Below, piece by piece: positions 41,744-50,650 of a DNA stretch of 64,000 bases. A program made the position numbers and the translations under genes. The stretch lies in assembly GCA_040220235.1 (NCBI GenBank), contig JAVJTO010000044.1. The stretch is one strand, 5' to 3'. This DNA is from Coleofasciculus sp. B1-GNL1-01. GTDB lineage: Bacteria; Cyanobacteriota; Cyanobacteriia; Cyanobacteriales; Coleofasciculaceae. Under the pieces are notes generated by a model, which saw nothing but the letters and a program-made list of their open reading frames with translations, was not told the DNA's origin and made no database searches. Every line of letters starts with the position of its first letter. Position 1 is the stretch's first letter.

Positions 41744-42676
41744 ATGAATTCGACCACTGAATATAAGTTTCAAGGGAATCCTAACGCTCGACCGAAATCA
41801 GCTCATCCGGATTCTCCCCAAACCCCTGAACCGTATATTGCCCCGGATGAATTGATTCAGGCGGTAAATTTGGCAATTTATTTGCGGCGACCGTTATTAT
41901 TAGAAGGAGAAGCCGGGTGTGGGAAAACGCGATTGGCTCGTGCGGTAGCCTATGAATTAGGATTACCATTTTATCGTTGGGATGTGCGTTCGACGAGTAA
42001 AGCTCAAGAGGGTCTTTATCACTATGATGCTATTTTACGTTTGCATGATGTCCAGATTCAGCAGTTAGAGACGCTGGACAAGAGTGACCAAAGCCGCAAT
42101 CCCAGTAATCCCAAATACTATCGCAAATTGGGCGCATTGGGGAAAGCGTTTATTCTGAAATCCTGTCCGGCGGTGGTTTTAATTGATGAAATTGATAAGG
42201 CAGATATTGATTTTCCCAATGATTTGCTTGCGGTTTTAGATGAGCCGTGGGAATTTACGATTCCGGAGACAAGGGAAAAAGTTCAGGCTGATTATCCGCC
42301 TATTGTGATGATTACCAGTAATAAGGAAAAGGGGAATTTACCTGCACCGTTTTTACGCCGTTGTTTATATTATTTTGTTGAATTTCCCAGTCAAGAGCGC
42401 TTAAAAGAAATTGTCGCGATTCACTACCAGATGCAGCAAATGACGGCTCCGGCGAGGGAATTAGTGGAGACGGCAACAGAACGATTTATTCAAGTGCGTC
42501 AGGAGGGAGGGTTGTTCAAGCTTCCCGGAACGAGTGAATTTTTAGATTGGTTGAAAGCACTGCAAACCTTTGAAAAGACGCCCTATAAGGCGGAAAAATT
42601 AGCCAAGGAGAAGCGGCTTCCTTATCGGGAATTGTTATTTAAGCTGCGGGCAGATTGGCAAAACTATGCTGTGTAG
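41744..42676 (+). CDS. MoxR-family AAA+ ATPase
   Basis: RPLLLEGEAGCGKT, VVLIDEIDKADIDFPNDLL, LPAPFLRRC. Confidence 0.93.
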   Translation: MNSTTEYKFQGNPNARPKSAHPDSPQTPEPYIAPDELIQAVNLAIYLRRPLLLEGEAGCGKTRLARAVAYELGLPFYRWDVRSTSKAQEGLYHYDAILRLHDVQIQQLETLDKSDQSRNPSNPKYYRKLGALGKAFILKSCPAVVLIDEIDKADIDFPNDLLAVLDEPWEFTIPETREKVQADYPPIVMITSNKEKGNLPAPFLRRCLYYFVEFPSQERLKEIVAIHYQMQQMTAPARELVETATERFIQVRQEGGLFKLPGTSEFLDWLKALQTFEKTPYKAEKLAKEKRLPYRELLFKLRADWQNYAV

Positions 42677-42988
42677 GGTCATTTATCTTATGTCATGTAT
42701 ACGCAAAATCGTAGGGTGCGTTAGCGTTCGCGCAGCGTTCCCGAAGGGTAGCGTAACGCACCATTTTTCTAAAAACGATAGGTAAAAATCAACCCTGTAG
42801 GGGCGACCCGTTGCATCAATTAACAACACCAATCCACTCAATAGGCTTGGGTCGCCCTCTCTTCTCGCAATGGGTAGCGAGCAAGATGCAAAGCCTGCGG
42901 CATGGCTTCGCTTAACGCACTACAATGAAACGGGTAAACTCACCCCGACAATTGACGACAGACGTGCCATGGTACGTCTCTACATGAT

Positions 42989-44053
42989 GTGAAAAACGAT
43001 ACCATTCAGCCCATCCTATCTCGCCTATTTAACCGCTTACGCCAAAGCGGATTCAACTTGGGTGTGGGTGAATATCGGGCAGCGCTAGAGGCAATTGAAG
43101 GGGGCTATGGGTCAAGTAGCTTAGAAGAACTCGAACGGGTGTTAACATTACTCTGGTGTCATTCCCGCGCCGAACAAAGCCAGTTTCAGTTCATTTGGGA
43201 ATCGGTAATCGCAGACACCTCAACGGTGGAACCGAAACCACCACGCCGCACCTCTAAACCGGAACCCTCACCAGAACCCCAAGATAAACCGCTAGCCGCT
43301 CCCTCACCTCAACCTGTAGAATCCGTGCAACCCCAACCCGCTCTAGAGTTAGCGCCGTTGCCGATTCGCGCTCCCTTTACCCCGGTTGAAACGGAAGATA
43401 CCCCCCAACTACAAACCGATAGACCCATTTCCCGCCGTGCGATGGTGTATAGTTGGCGTTATCTGCGCCGTCCGATTCTAGATGGTCCAGAGGATGTTGT
43501 GGATGAGCGGGCGACAGTGGAAACCGTGGCGCGTCAGGGATTTTTTCTCACCCCGGTTTATCGGCGTCGGGAACGGAATGCGGCTCATTTGCTGTTGTTA
43601 ATCGACCAAGATGGGTCAATGACACCCTTCCATCGCTTTACCCGTGACTTGGTGGAAACGGCGCAATATGAAAGTTCGATTGGGCAAGTGGATGTTAGCT
43701 ATTTTCACAATATTCCGGCAAAAAGCGTCTATCATGACCCCTATTTGACCCAACCTGTCCTGTTGGAGCGGGTGTTAGCCACCTGTGATAATAACACCAG
43801 TGTTTTCATCGTCAGCGATGCAGGGGCGGCGCGGGGATATCGGCGGTTAGAGCGAATTCGAGCCACGACGGAGGTATTATTTCAAATTAAGCAACAGACC
43901 AATCTGATAGCCTGGTTAAATCCCATGCCCCAAGAGCGTTGGGGGAGTACCTCAGCTCAACTCATTGCCCATCTTGTGCCAATGTATCCCATGGATAACG
44001 ATGGATTAAGTCATGCGATCGATATTGTACGCGGACAGCCGTTGTCACCGTAG
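42989..44053 (+). CDS. vWA-domain protein (MoxR partner)
   Basis: LLIDQDGSM MIDAS-like motif, IVSDAGAARG, AWLNPMP..RW; Pro-rich linker. Confidence 0.85.
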   Translation: MKNDTIQPILSRLFNRLRQSGFNLGVGEYRAALEAIEGGYGSSSLEELERVLTLLWCHSRAEQSQFQFIWESVIADTSTVEPKPPRRTSKPEPSPEPQDKPLAAPSPQPVESVQPQPALELAPLPIRAPFTPVETEDTPQLQTDRPISRRAMVYSWRYLRRPILDGPEDVVDERATVETVARQGFFLTPVYRRRERNAAHLLLLIDQDGSMTPFHRFTRDLVETAQYESSIGQVDVSYFHNIPAKSVYHDPYLTQPVLLERVLATCDNNTSVFIVSDAGAARGYRRLERIRATTEVLFQIKQQTNLIAWLNPMPQERWGSTSAQLIAHLVPMYPMDNDGLSHAIDIVRGQPLSP

Positions 44054-44171
44054 GGGCGCACCGACGTGCGCCCTTTACCGACGTGCGCCCTTTGCTGACG
44101 TGCGCCCTTGTACCCATTACCATGCCGCTATGGTGTGTTACCGTTTGCGAGCCAGTAGGATAAGGAAAACA

Positions 44172-44381
44172 ATGATTAAATCAGGAACGGGTGACTCCTT
44201 GGATTATGACCCAACTAAAGAAAACGTTCACGCAGCAACTGATCCAGATAAATGTAGGGACATGGAACGCAGAAATGGGTGGAGATTAAAGAAAATCAAG
44301 CCAACACGCGATCCGACATTGAAAGTTGATTGCGTATTCTATGGTGAACAAACAACATTTGAAGATGAACGCTATGACTAA
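44172..44381 (+). CDS. Small hypothetical protein (69 aa)
   Basis: AAGGA ribosome-binding site before the ATG; stop overlaps the next start. Confidence 0.55.
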   Translation: MIKSGTGDSLDYDPTKENVHAATDPDKCRDMERRNGWRLKKIKPTRDPTLKVDCVFYGEQTTFEDERYD

Positions 44382-44760
44382 AGTTAAAGCTGAAACCTGG
44401 ATTGTTTACAAAACCGAGACAATGAGCGCTCCCGGATGGGAAAATCGTCAACTGCTACCAGCCGGATCGATGACCGACATAATCAGCGAAGAATGGGATA
44501 GTTCCGGTCATCTCCCCAAAATAGGCGATCGCATCCGCGAGTATACAAATTTAGACAATCCAGAACAAGGCGGAATTACCCATAGTCGGGATGGAGACTG
44601 GGTTGTCACCACGATTCACCAGTTTTCTTCCCCCGACACTCCTACTCATATTGTTGTTTGTTACTGTTCTTACCAACCCATCACACCTAACTGGGTCAAA
44701 CTCAAGCGCGGGAAACCGGTAAATGACATGCTCGAAACGGTTAGCACTGGGGTTGAGTGA
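44374..44760 (+). CDS. Hypothetical protein, paralog of 10210-10581
   Basis: WIVYKTE...GWENRQLLPAG...IGDRIRE...GDWVV...IVVCYCSYQPI. Confidence 0.7.
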   Translation: MTKVKAETWIVYKTETMSAPGWENRQLLPAGSMTDIISEEWDSSGHLPKIGDRIREYTNLDNPEQGGITHSRDGDWVVTTIHQFSSPDTPTHIVVCYCSYQPITPNWVKLKRGKPVNDMLETVSTGVE

Positions 44761-44860
44761 ACTATCACAAGAGAGCATGTCAAGGAAAGCAGATAATGTT
44801 TAGGCGTTGGGTGATTCACCTAAGAAGGCTGACGCTGCTTACGTCGCGATCGCGCTATAT

Positions 44861-44990
44861 AGTTGTAGGTTGGGTTGACGCTTGTTACCCAACAGAATCT
44901 AGGGCTAAAGCCCTGACTACGAACGAGTTGTAGGTTGGGTTGACGCTTGTTACCCAACGGAATTTAGGGCTAAAGCCCTGACTACGAACG
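44861..44990. repeat. 65-bp tandem duplication of a REP-like composite unit
   Basis: Two near-identical copies of AGTTGTAGGTTGGGTTGACGCTTGTTACCCAAC...AGGGCTAAAGCCCTGACTACGAACG ending 3 bp before the FGE start. Confidence 0.9.
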
Positions 44991-44993
44991 AAC

Positions 44994-46583
44994 ATGAATA
45001 CCGCCACTGTAGCTAACCGAGATAAGGAAATTGCCAGACAACGGGTGAACCAATTTGTCCGGCGATTTGAGGAATCTTATCGGCTTTTGGCGTATCATGC
45101 GGCACTTCCTTTGGTGCTAACCCCGGAACTGCTCAATTATCTGCGGAATCAATTTCTGCGCGGACAAGTGCCTTGGCTGGCGGAAGTGGATTTGTTGCTG
45201 TCGGATTTGTGTAGTCCGGTGGGGTACGAACTCTATGCTATGGATACCGCCGTTCGTGCCTATTTGCTGGAGGAAATGCATAATGATGCGGCACTCTCCA
45301 GCCAACGGATGCAGGAGGTGGCTCGATTATTATTGGGGTATGTTCGCCATCTGGCACAGACGAATCCGTTTATTAGTAAACAGGAATTAGAGGCGCAACA
45401 GTGGGCGGCAATGGTGTACCTTGATAACCAGCGAGAAAATGCTGTGCGTCAGATTGTGCAAGCGTTTCAAGAGAGTCGGGCAATCGGGGGAAGTCGCTGG
45501 CAAACTGAAATGGCGCGTTTGTCCCGAATTACGCAGGAACTTGCCCCTCAATTAAGGGCTTACCCAAATCTGTTGGAGTATGCTGAGTTAATTACTCGCT
45601 TTGTGGCTGAACCTGAATCAGTGAATCCCGAAGCTGGGACGCATTCCTACTCAGTTCTAGGGGAAAATCTGGACATCCCGGAGGAATGGATTGCTGAAGG
45701 TACGGGTTCATTTCCTCCCTTGCAGGTGTTTGAGTTTGAGGTGGTGACGGTTGATAAACAGGGTAATATCATTGACAAAACTCAGGAGCAAGGGCAATAT
45801 TTTCGGGAAGATTTGGGCAATGGTGTCACCTTGGATATGGTGGCGATTCCAGGAGGGTCATTTCTGATGGGTTCTCCCGATACGGAAGCAGGACACAGAG
45901 ATAGTGAAAGTCCCCAGCATTCGGTAACGGTTCAACCCTTTTTCATGGGGAAATACCCGGTAACTCAGGCACAATGGCAGGCGATTGCTAATCTACCTCA
46001 AGTCGATAAAGAACTTGACCCTGACCCGTCTAATTTTAAAGGATCAGATCGACCCGTTGAGCAAGTATCGTGGTATGATTGTGTAGAGTTTTGTGCGCGG
46101 TTATCGCAGTACACAGGACGAGACTACCGACTTCCTAGTGAAGCCGAGTGGGAATATGCCTGTCGTGCGGGAACAACAACGCCGTTTCATTTTGGTGAAA
46201 CGATTACTACGGATTTAGCCAATTACGACGGCAATTATACTTATGGTGAAGGTCATAAGGGTAAGTATCTTAAAAAGACTACCCCGGTCGGGAGTTTTCA
46301 GGTAGCGAACCCCTTTGGCTTATTTGATCTGCATGGAAATGTGTGGGAATGGTGTGCTGACCATTGGCATGATAGTTATGAAGGTGCGCCGCCGGATGGT
46401 CAAGCTTGGTTATTGGATGAGGATGAGGATGAAAATGATAATCATTCTCGGCTGTTGCGCGGTGGTTCGTGGATCCTCAATCCCAGGTACTGTCGTTGTG
46501 CTAGTCGCGACAGGGATACCCCTGTCATCAGGTTCAACTACTTCGGGTTTCGGGTTGTCTGTGGTGCGGCGTGGACTCCTTAG
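44994..46583 (+). CDS. FGE-sulfatase (C-type lectin fold) domain protein; probable DGR target
   Basis: [46 protein letters not shown]...GFRVVC. Confidence 0.92.
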   Translation: MNTATVANRDKEIARQRVNQFVRRFEESYRLLAYHAALPLVLTPELLNYLRNQFLRGQVPWLAEVDLLLSDLCSPVGYELYAMDTAVRAYLLEEMHNDAALSSQRMQEVARLLLGYVRHLAQTNPFISKQELEAQQWAAMVYLDNQRENAVRQIVQAFQESRAIGGSRWQTEMARLSRITQELAPQLRAYPNLLEYAELITRFVAEPESVNPEAGTHSYSVLGENLDIPEEWIAEGTGSFPPLQVFEFEVVTVDKQGNIIDKTQEQGQYFREDLGNGVTLDMVAIPGGSFLMGSPDTEAGHRDSESPQHSVTVQPFFMGKYPVTQAQWQAIANLPQVDKELDPDPSNFKGSDRPVEQVSWYDCVEFCARLSQYTGRDYRLPSEAEWEYACRAGTTTPFHFGETITTDLANYDGNYTYGEGHKGKYLKKTTPVGSFQVANPFGLFDLHGNVWEWCADHWHDSYEGAPPDGQAWLLDEDEDENDNHSRLLRGGSWILNPRYCRCASRDRDTPVIRFNYFGFRVVCGAAWTP

Positions 46584-46649
46584 CCCTTGACACTTTTGCC
46601 CTTTTCCCCTCTGTCCTTTATTCTTTTCCCTTTTCCCGCCTGCGGCGGG
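46452..46649 (+). other. Putative DGR variable region plus downstream GC hairpin
   Basis: Codons at the variable lectin positions all end in C/T (ATC CTC, TAC, AGT, GAC, GAT ACC, GTC ATC, TTC AAC TAC TTC); hairpin CCCGCC-TGC-GGCGGG at 46635-46649; avd follows. Confidence 0.7.
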
Positions 46650-46739
46650 TCGATTTTTTTTTTTGAGATTTATACGCAAGGGTGGCAATAATCGTCTGCC
46701 AGAATACCTCCTGTAACTTTTTAATGTACGATTGAGTCT

Positions 46740-46872
46740 GTGAGCGATTTACCGATTATCCAGAAAACCTACGATTTAATTCGCTGGTACATCCCGATTC
46801 TTAACCGCCTGCCGCGAAATCATAAATTTCTGTTAGGTACTCGGGTCATTAGCAGATTGTATGATCTCTTAG
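46740..46872 (+). pseudogene. avd: Truncated DGR accessory variability determinant (four-helix bundle)
   Basis: [44 protein letters not shown], then the sequence runs into repeat DNA; only about 44 aa resemble Avd. Confidence 0.78.
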
Positions 46873-46942
46873 ACAGACCGAGCATAAATTATAGCACGGT
46901 AATTTGTAAGGGTATGGCAATGCTGTACCCCTACCATTGGTA

Positions 46943-47153
46943 ATACCAAACCGCCTTTGATATCATGTCCGGTCAAACACCCCTAATAAAAACGCCTGAA
47001 ACCCCTGTTATTGCAGCATTGCAATTATGGGCAATCGTTAGGACATGATATGAAACCCCCTTTTTGCCTTGGCGACTGGAAGTCGCAGCTACACAAGCAA
47101 AGTCCGCCTGCGCGGACTAGATTATAAAGGGGGCGGCTAACCCGGATTTGGTA
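46943..47153. mobile_element. MITE-like element with a nested palindromic element (46961-47050)
   Basis: Outer ATACCAAA...TTTGGTAT, inner TATCATGTCC...GGACATGATA; right half recurs inverted at 49906-50005. Confidence 0.7.
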
Positions 47154-47435
47154 TTAGATATCGGGGTATTTTCTCGCGTTATGAAGAACACGGAGGATAT
47201 GTACCTGATTGTTTTTAACTCGGTAGACCACAAAATAGGGTGTCTTTGAGATAACCAACTCCCTTGTCCCTTCAACGCGCCCGGTTCTTCCCATATATGG
47301 GAATTTTGCTAACTGCTCAACCGCTGCTTGTATTTTTAAAACAGTATTTGTTGCAGCGTCTGGGTTATCTTCGCAAATGTAGGCATGAAGCTGCTCAAGG
47401 TTGCGTAGTGCTTTGCGTAACCATCTAACTTTCAT
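47154..47435 (-). CDS. RelE/ParE-family toxin
   Basis: VRWLRKALRNL...YI...FPYMGR.GRVEGTRELV...PYFVVYRV...ILRVLH. Confidence 0.9.
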   Translation of the reverse strand: MKVRWLRKALRNLEQLHAYICEDNPDAATNTVLKIQAAVEQLAKFPYMGRTGRVEGTRELVISKTPYFVVYRVKNNQVHILRVLHNARKYPDI

Positions 47436-47667
47436 GGGTCAACCGAGCAAAGACGGCGGTTACCTCGTCTTCACTGGCAAAATCCCCAGCATCAGCTTCA
47501 GCGATACCCTGCTGAATCTCTTTGAGTTGCCACTGATGCATTTCCAGGTAAGTATTAATTGCCTGATTCAATACGTAGGTTAAATTACGATCCATACCAG
47601 CAGCAATAGCATCCAGTGCAGCTCTTTTATCAGGATCAAGTCGAAAGGTTACATTTTCCTTGCTCAT
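47425..47667 (-). CDS. CopG/RHH antitoxin
   Basis: NVTFRLD...LDAIA..MDRN..YVLNQAI...IQQGIAEADAGDFAS. Confidence 0.88.
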   Translation of the reverse strand: MSKENVTFRLDPDKRAALDAIAAGMDRNLTYVLNQAINTYLEMHQWQLKEIQQGIAEADAGDFASEDEVTAVFARLTHES

Positions 47668-47883
47668 CAGACAGGTCCTTCGTTGAGGGTTGGTTGAAAT
47701 GCAGCGGCACTCTTTTATCATGCACTGTATTGCATTGCATTGCAAGAAGAACGTTACCTGACTGGATTCGGGTACGAACCGAACACCTGCGCCGCGCCAG
47801 ACGTCGCATCCGCTTACAAAGGGACTGCAATCAGGGTAACTTGAGAGGGCGCAGGTCCTTGCGCCCCTACCCAAGATACGATG

Positions 47884-48366
47884 TCACTCTTGAACGGTAG
47901 AAGTCACCGCATCCGCATCAAAAACTACCTCGAACTGTGCATCAGGTATCCACTTTGCCAGAAAGCGCTGGTGATTTTGGGCTTCTGTGCGACTGTAGAA
48001 GCGAGCAACCGTATAATGTTGAGCATTCGGCAAAAGCCTCACCAGTGTCCAAGGATAATACTGTTGACTCCAAAAGCTGTGGTTAGACTTGGGTGATGGT
48101 TCGGCTGTGCGCCCACATCCCCGATGCTCCAAAATAGAACGAATCATCGCTAAAAGTCGCTCTCGCTGTGGCGTTCCATCATTGGGTAACAAACTCCACT
48201 CGTTGATTGGTGTGGGTAGCCAAGTCAAGCGATAGGTCATCGAATCTTTGCGAATATGCCAAGACAGGCGGCGTGGCTGTTTGCGACAGTTGAACCCATC
48301 GGCGCGAAAAGACGCAACAATCCTGTCGCCTTCAGCTTGCAGGCGAAGCCATTGAGAATGTTTCAT
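47884..48366 (-). CDS. Hypothetical protein
   Basis: C-terminal PWTLVRLLPNAQHYTVARF.SR.EA....L...IPDAQFEVVFD resembles a small cyanobacterial domain. Confidence 0.6.
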   Translation of the reverse strand: MKHSQWLRLQAEGDRIVASFRADGFNCRKQPRRLSWHIRKDSMTYRLTWLPTPINEWSLLPNDGTPQRERLLAMIRSILEHRGCGRTAEPSPKSNHSFWSQQYYPWTLVRLLPNAQHYTVARFYSRTEAQNHQRFLAKWIPDAQFEVVFDADAVTSTVQE

Positions 48367-48656
48367 TGTTATGATGATTGTGATTGTTTTTTGAGAAAGG
48401 GCGATCAGGCACAAAACATAAGCGATCGCCCCTTATCTATGGAAGGCTTTCTCAAAACTTACACACGAGGCGATTGAAATCGCAGCTACACATAACATAA
48501 GTTTGTATAGCTCCATGATGGAACATGAGAGCAACGTGCTTCGTGTGAGAAACTACACCATAGAGAGACAGGGAAACAAGAAGTATCGGGACTTCTAATA
48601 GCGTTTCCCCCGTCAGTTTTTTGCTGTTAATGCACCACTGTGGTGCATTGCTAAGT

Positions 48657-48905
48657 ATGATAATAGACGATCAGAATCCAGATTTCAACCCCAATGTGCC
48701 AACTCTCAAACAAGTTCGTGAACGCTTAGGTATGACCCAAGAGCAGTTTGCAGATGCACTAGGATTATCGCGAAACACGATTAATCGGTACGAACGCGGT
48801 ATACACCAGCGCATTGCTCTTTCTGTGGGTCAGATCAAACGACTTGTCGAACTCATGAAGCAAGCAGGATTATCAATAGAAGACTTACCCGACGATATCG
48901 AATGA
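48657..48905 (+). CDS. XRE-family HTH regulator (copy 1)
   Basis: LKQVRERLGMTQEQFADALGLSRNTINRYERG. Confidence 0.88.
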   Translation: MIIDDQNPDFNPNVPTLKQVRERLGMTQEQFADALGLSRNTINRYERGIHQRIALSVGQIKRLVELMKQAGLSIEDLPDDIE

Positions 48906-49092
48906 GTTAGCATCAGCTAGAGGCTTGAACTATAACTCGTTGTCTTTCCCATCACCTCCTAGTCTTGGCGTCGTGTGAGAAACTTACCCATAGACAGATA
49001 GGGAAACAGGAAGTATGGGGACTTCCCCAAACGTTTCCCCATCCTTTTTGTTTTGTTGTCCAATTAGGACAAGTTGTCCTTTGCTGATTAAA

Positions 49093-49335
49093 ATGGTAGA
49101 CGATACAGATTGGAATAGCAACCCTCACTTGCCAACTCTTAGACAAGTTCGTGAACGCCTGAATATGACTCAGGAAGAATTTGCGCGTGAACTGGGGACA
49201 ACAACCAGAACCATTGGACGTCACGAACGAGGGGAACACAAGCTGAGGCTGACTTTAGGGCAAATCAAACGTTTGAAAGAACTTCTCGAACAAGCAGGAA
49301 TGTCAATCGACGACTTACCCGACGATATAGATTGA
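49093..49335 (+). CDS. XRE-family HTH regulator (copy 2)
   Basis: LRQVRERLNMTQEEFARELGTTTRTIGRHERG; offset 430 bp from copy 1, including upstream DNA. Confidence 0.88.
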   Translation: MVDDTDWNSNPHLPTLRQVRERLNMTQEEFARELGTTTRTIGRHERGEHKLRLTLGQIKRLKELLEQAGMSIDDLPDDID

Positions 49336-49468
49336 GACAATATCAGTTCATCCGGTGTCTCAAGACTAGGCAGAAACAGGGATAGAGCAAGACTGAGAGA
49401 CGGTATGCGATCGCGTGTTTTGGGGTGGAGAATGCGATCGCACATCCAGCCTTCCCTCGTTTAAGTGT

Positions 49469-49494
49469 GACAGATAGTCCGTAGACTGATCGTC
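49469..49494 (+). promoter_or_regulatory. C-box-like double operator
   Basis: GACAGATAGTC-CGTA-GACTGATCGTC, 23 bp upstream of the C-protein-like ATG. Confidence 0.65.
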
Positions 49495-49517
49495 AACTTT
49501 AGATGATCATAATTTTT

Positions 49518-49766
49518 ATGAAAGACTCTAAAGTAAAAATCTTGAAAGCTTTGGGATTATTGATTAGACAGCACAGGGCATCTATGGGAATTTCTCAGGA
49601 AGAGTTGGGATTACGTTGCCATCTTGATCGAACATATATATCAGGATTGGAGCGTGGTGTGAGAAATCCTTCTCTGACTGCACTTGTTACTCTTGCCAAC
49701 GGTTTGAACATGACCGTCGCTCAACTTTTAGAAAATATAGAAGTAGAAGCAAGGAATATCCAGTGA
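49518..49766 (+). CDS. XRE-family regulator resembling restriction-modification controller (C) proteins
   Basis: IRQHRASMGISQEELG.RCHLDRTYISGLERGVRNPSL. Confidence 0.85.
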   Translation: MKDSKVKILKALGLLIRQHRASMGISQEELGLRCHLDRTYISGLERGVRNPSLTALVTLANGLNMTVAQLLENIEVEARNIQ

Positions 49767-50461
49767 ATCCAGAGTCAGCGGAGAACTTCAGAGCAAAGTT
49801 AAAAGTATGTAGGGTGGGCAAGAATGATAAATAGGGAAAGGTTTATATTATCATTTATTGCTTTTGCCCACCTCACGGGAACCGAAAATTATCCCCCGTC
49901 ATTTTATACCAAATCCGGGGAACGCTACCCCCGTTAAAACCCAGTCCGCGCAGGCGGACTTTGTTTGTGTAGCAGCGATTTCAATCGCCATGGCAAAAGG
50001 GGGTTCCTTTATTTATCTCATATTGGCAGAAGTTGATAGATGAATAAGTTTTTTTAAGATTCTCAATACATCACCTAAACCATTTTTGCGATTGCCAATT
50101 CCAAACAAATCAGACATGGCATACATAGGGGTAGCGGCTTTGACTAATTTGAGGAATAGAAAACTCCCCTCAGGCAGAGAGAAGTCTAGAGAAAATCTGC
50201 TGTACAATGTGCCTATGATTCAACAGGCGATCGCACTCCTTAATCGGCTTCTGTGGGCGCACGTCGGTTATGGGTGTCAAGTTAAGCTACAGCCGCCACG
50301 CCTATGCCTGTTTCCCAAGGGTGACAGAGGAGGGCAATAGGGCAGACGTAGCCTCATTCTCAGGTTTGAGAAGGGAATGAATCGCCGCCAAATCATTGCA
50401 TTTGTTTGCCTGGTAATTTTAAGCTTACAATAAACCCAGAAAGCCGTTCTATGAGCAGAAT

Positions 50462-50650
50462 ATGGAAGCCATCAATATAAAAGAAGAGGCACGACGATTG
50501 ATTGATAGATTGCCAGAGAATGCGACATGGGATGACTTAATGTATGAAATTTATGTCAGAGTCGCGATAGAAGCGGGACTTGCTGATAGTCAGGCGGGTA
50601 GAATAACCTCTGTGGAAACAGTGCGTCAGCAATTCGGATTACCAACGTGA
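50462..50650 (+). CDS. Small antitoxin-like protein
   Basis: KEEARRLIDRLPENATWDDLMYEIYVR.AIEAGLADS.AGR; GTGA overlap with the toxin. Confidence 0.8.
   Translation: MEAINIKEEARRLIDRLPENATWDDLMYEIYVRVAIEAGLADSQAGRITSVETVRQQFGLPT

Noticed and set aside
44861..44990. Possible CRISPR array
   Set aside because: Only two units, the would-be spacers are near-identical, and there are no cas genes; it is a REP-like tandem duplication.
47668..47874. N-terminal extension of the CopG antitoxin ORF
   Set aside because: It begins in a REP hairpin; the RHH domain starts at 47667.
50013..50340. Short ORFs between the C gene and the TA pair
   Set aside because: Fragments without recognisable motifs among repeats; cannot be supported as genes.
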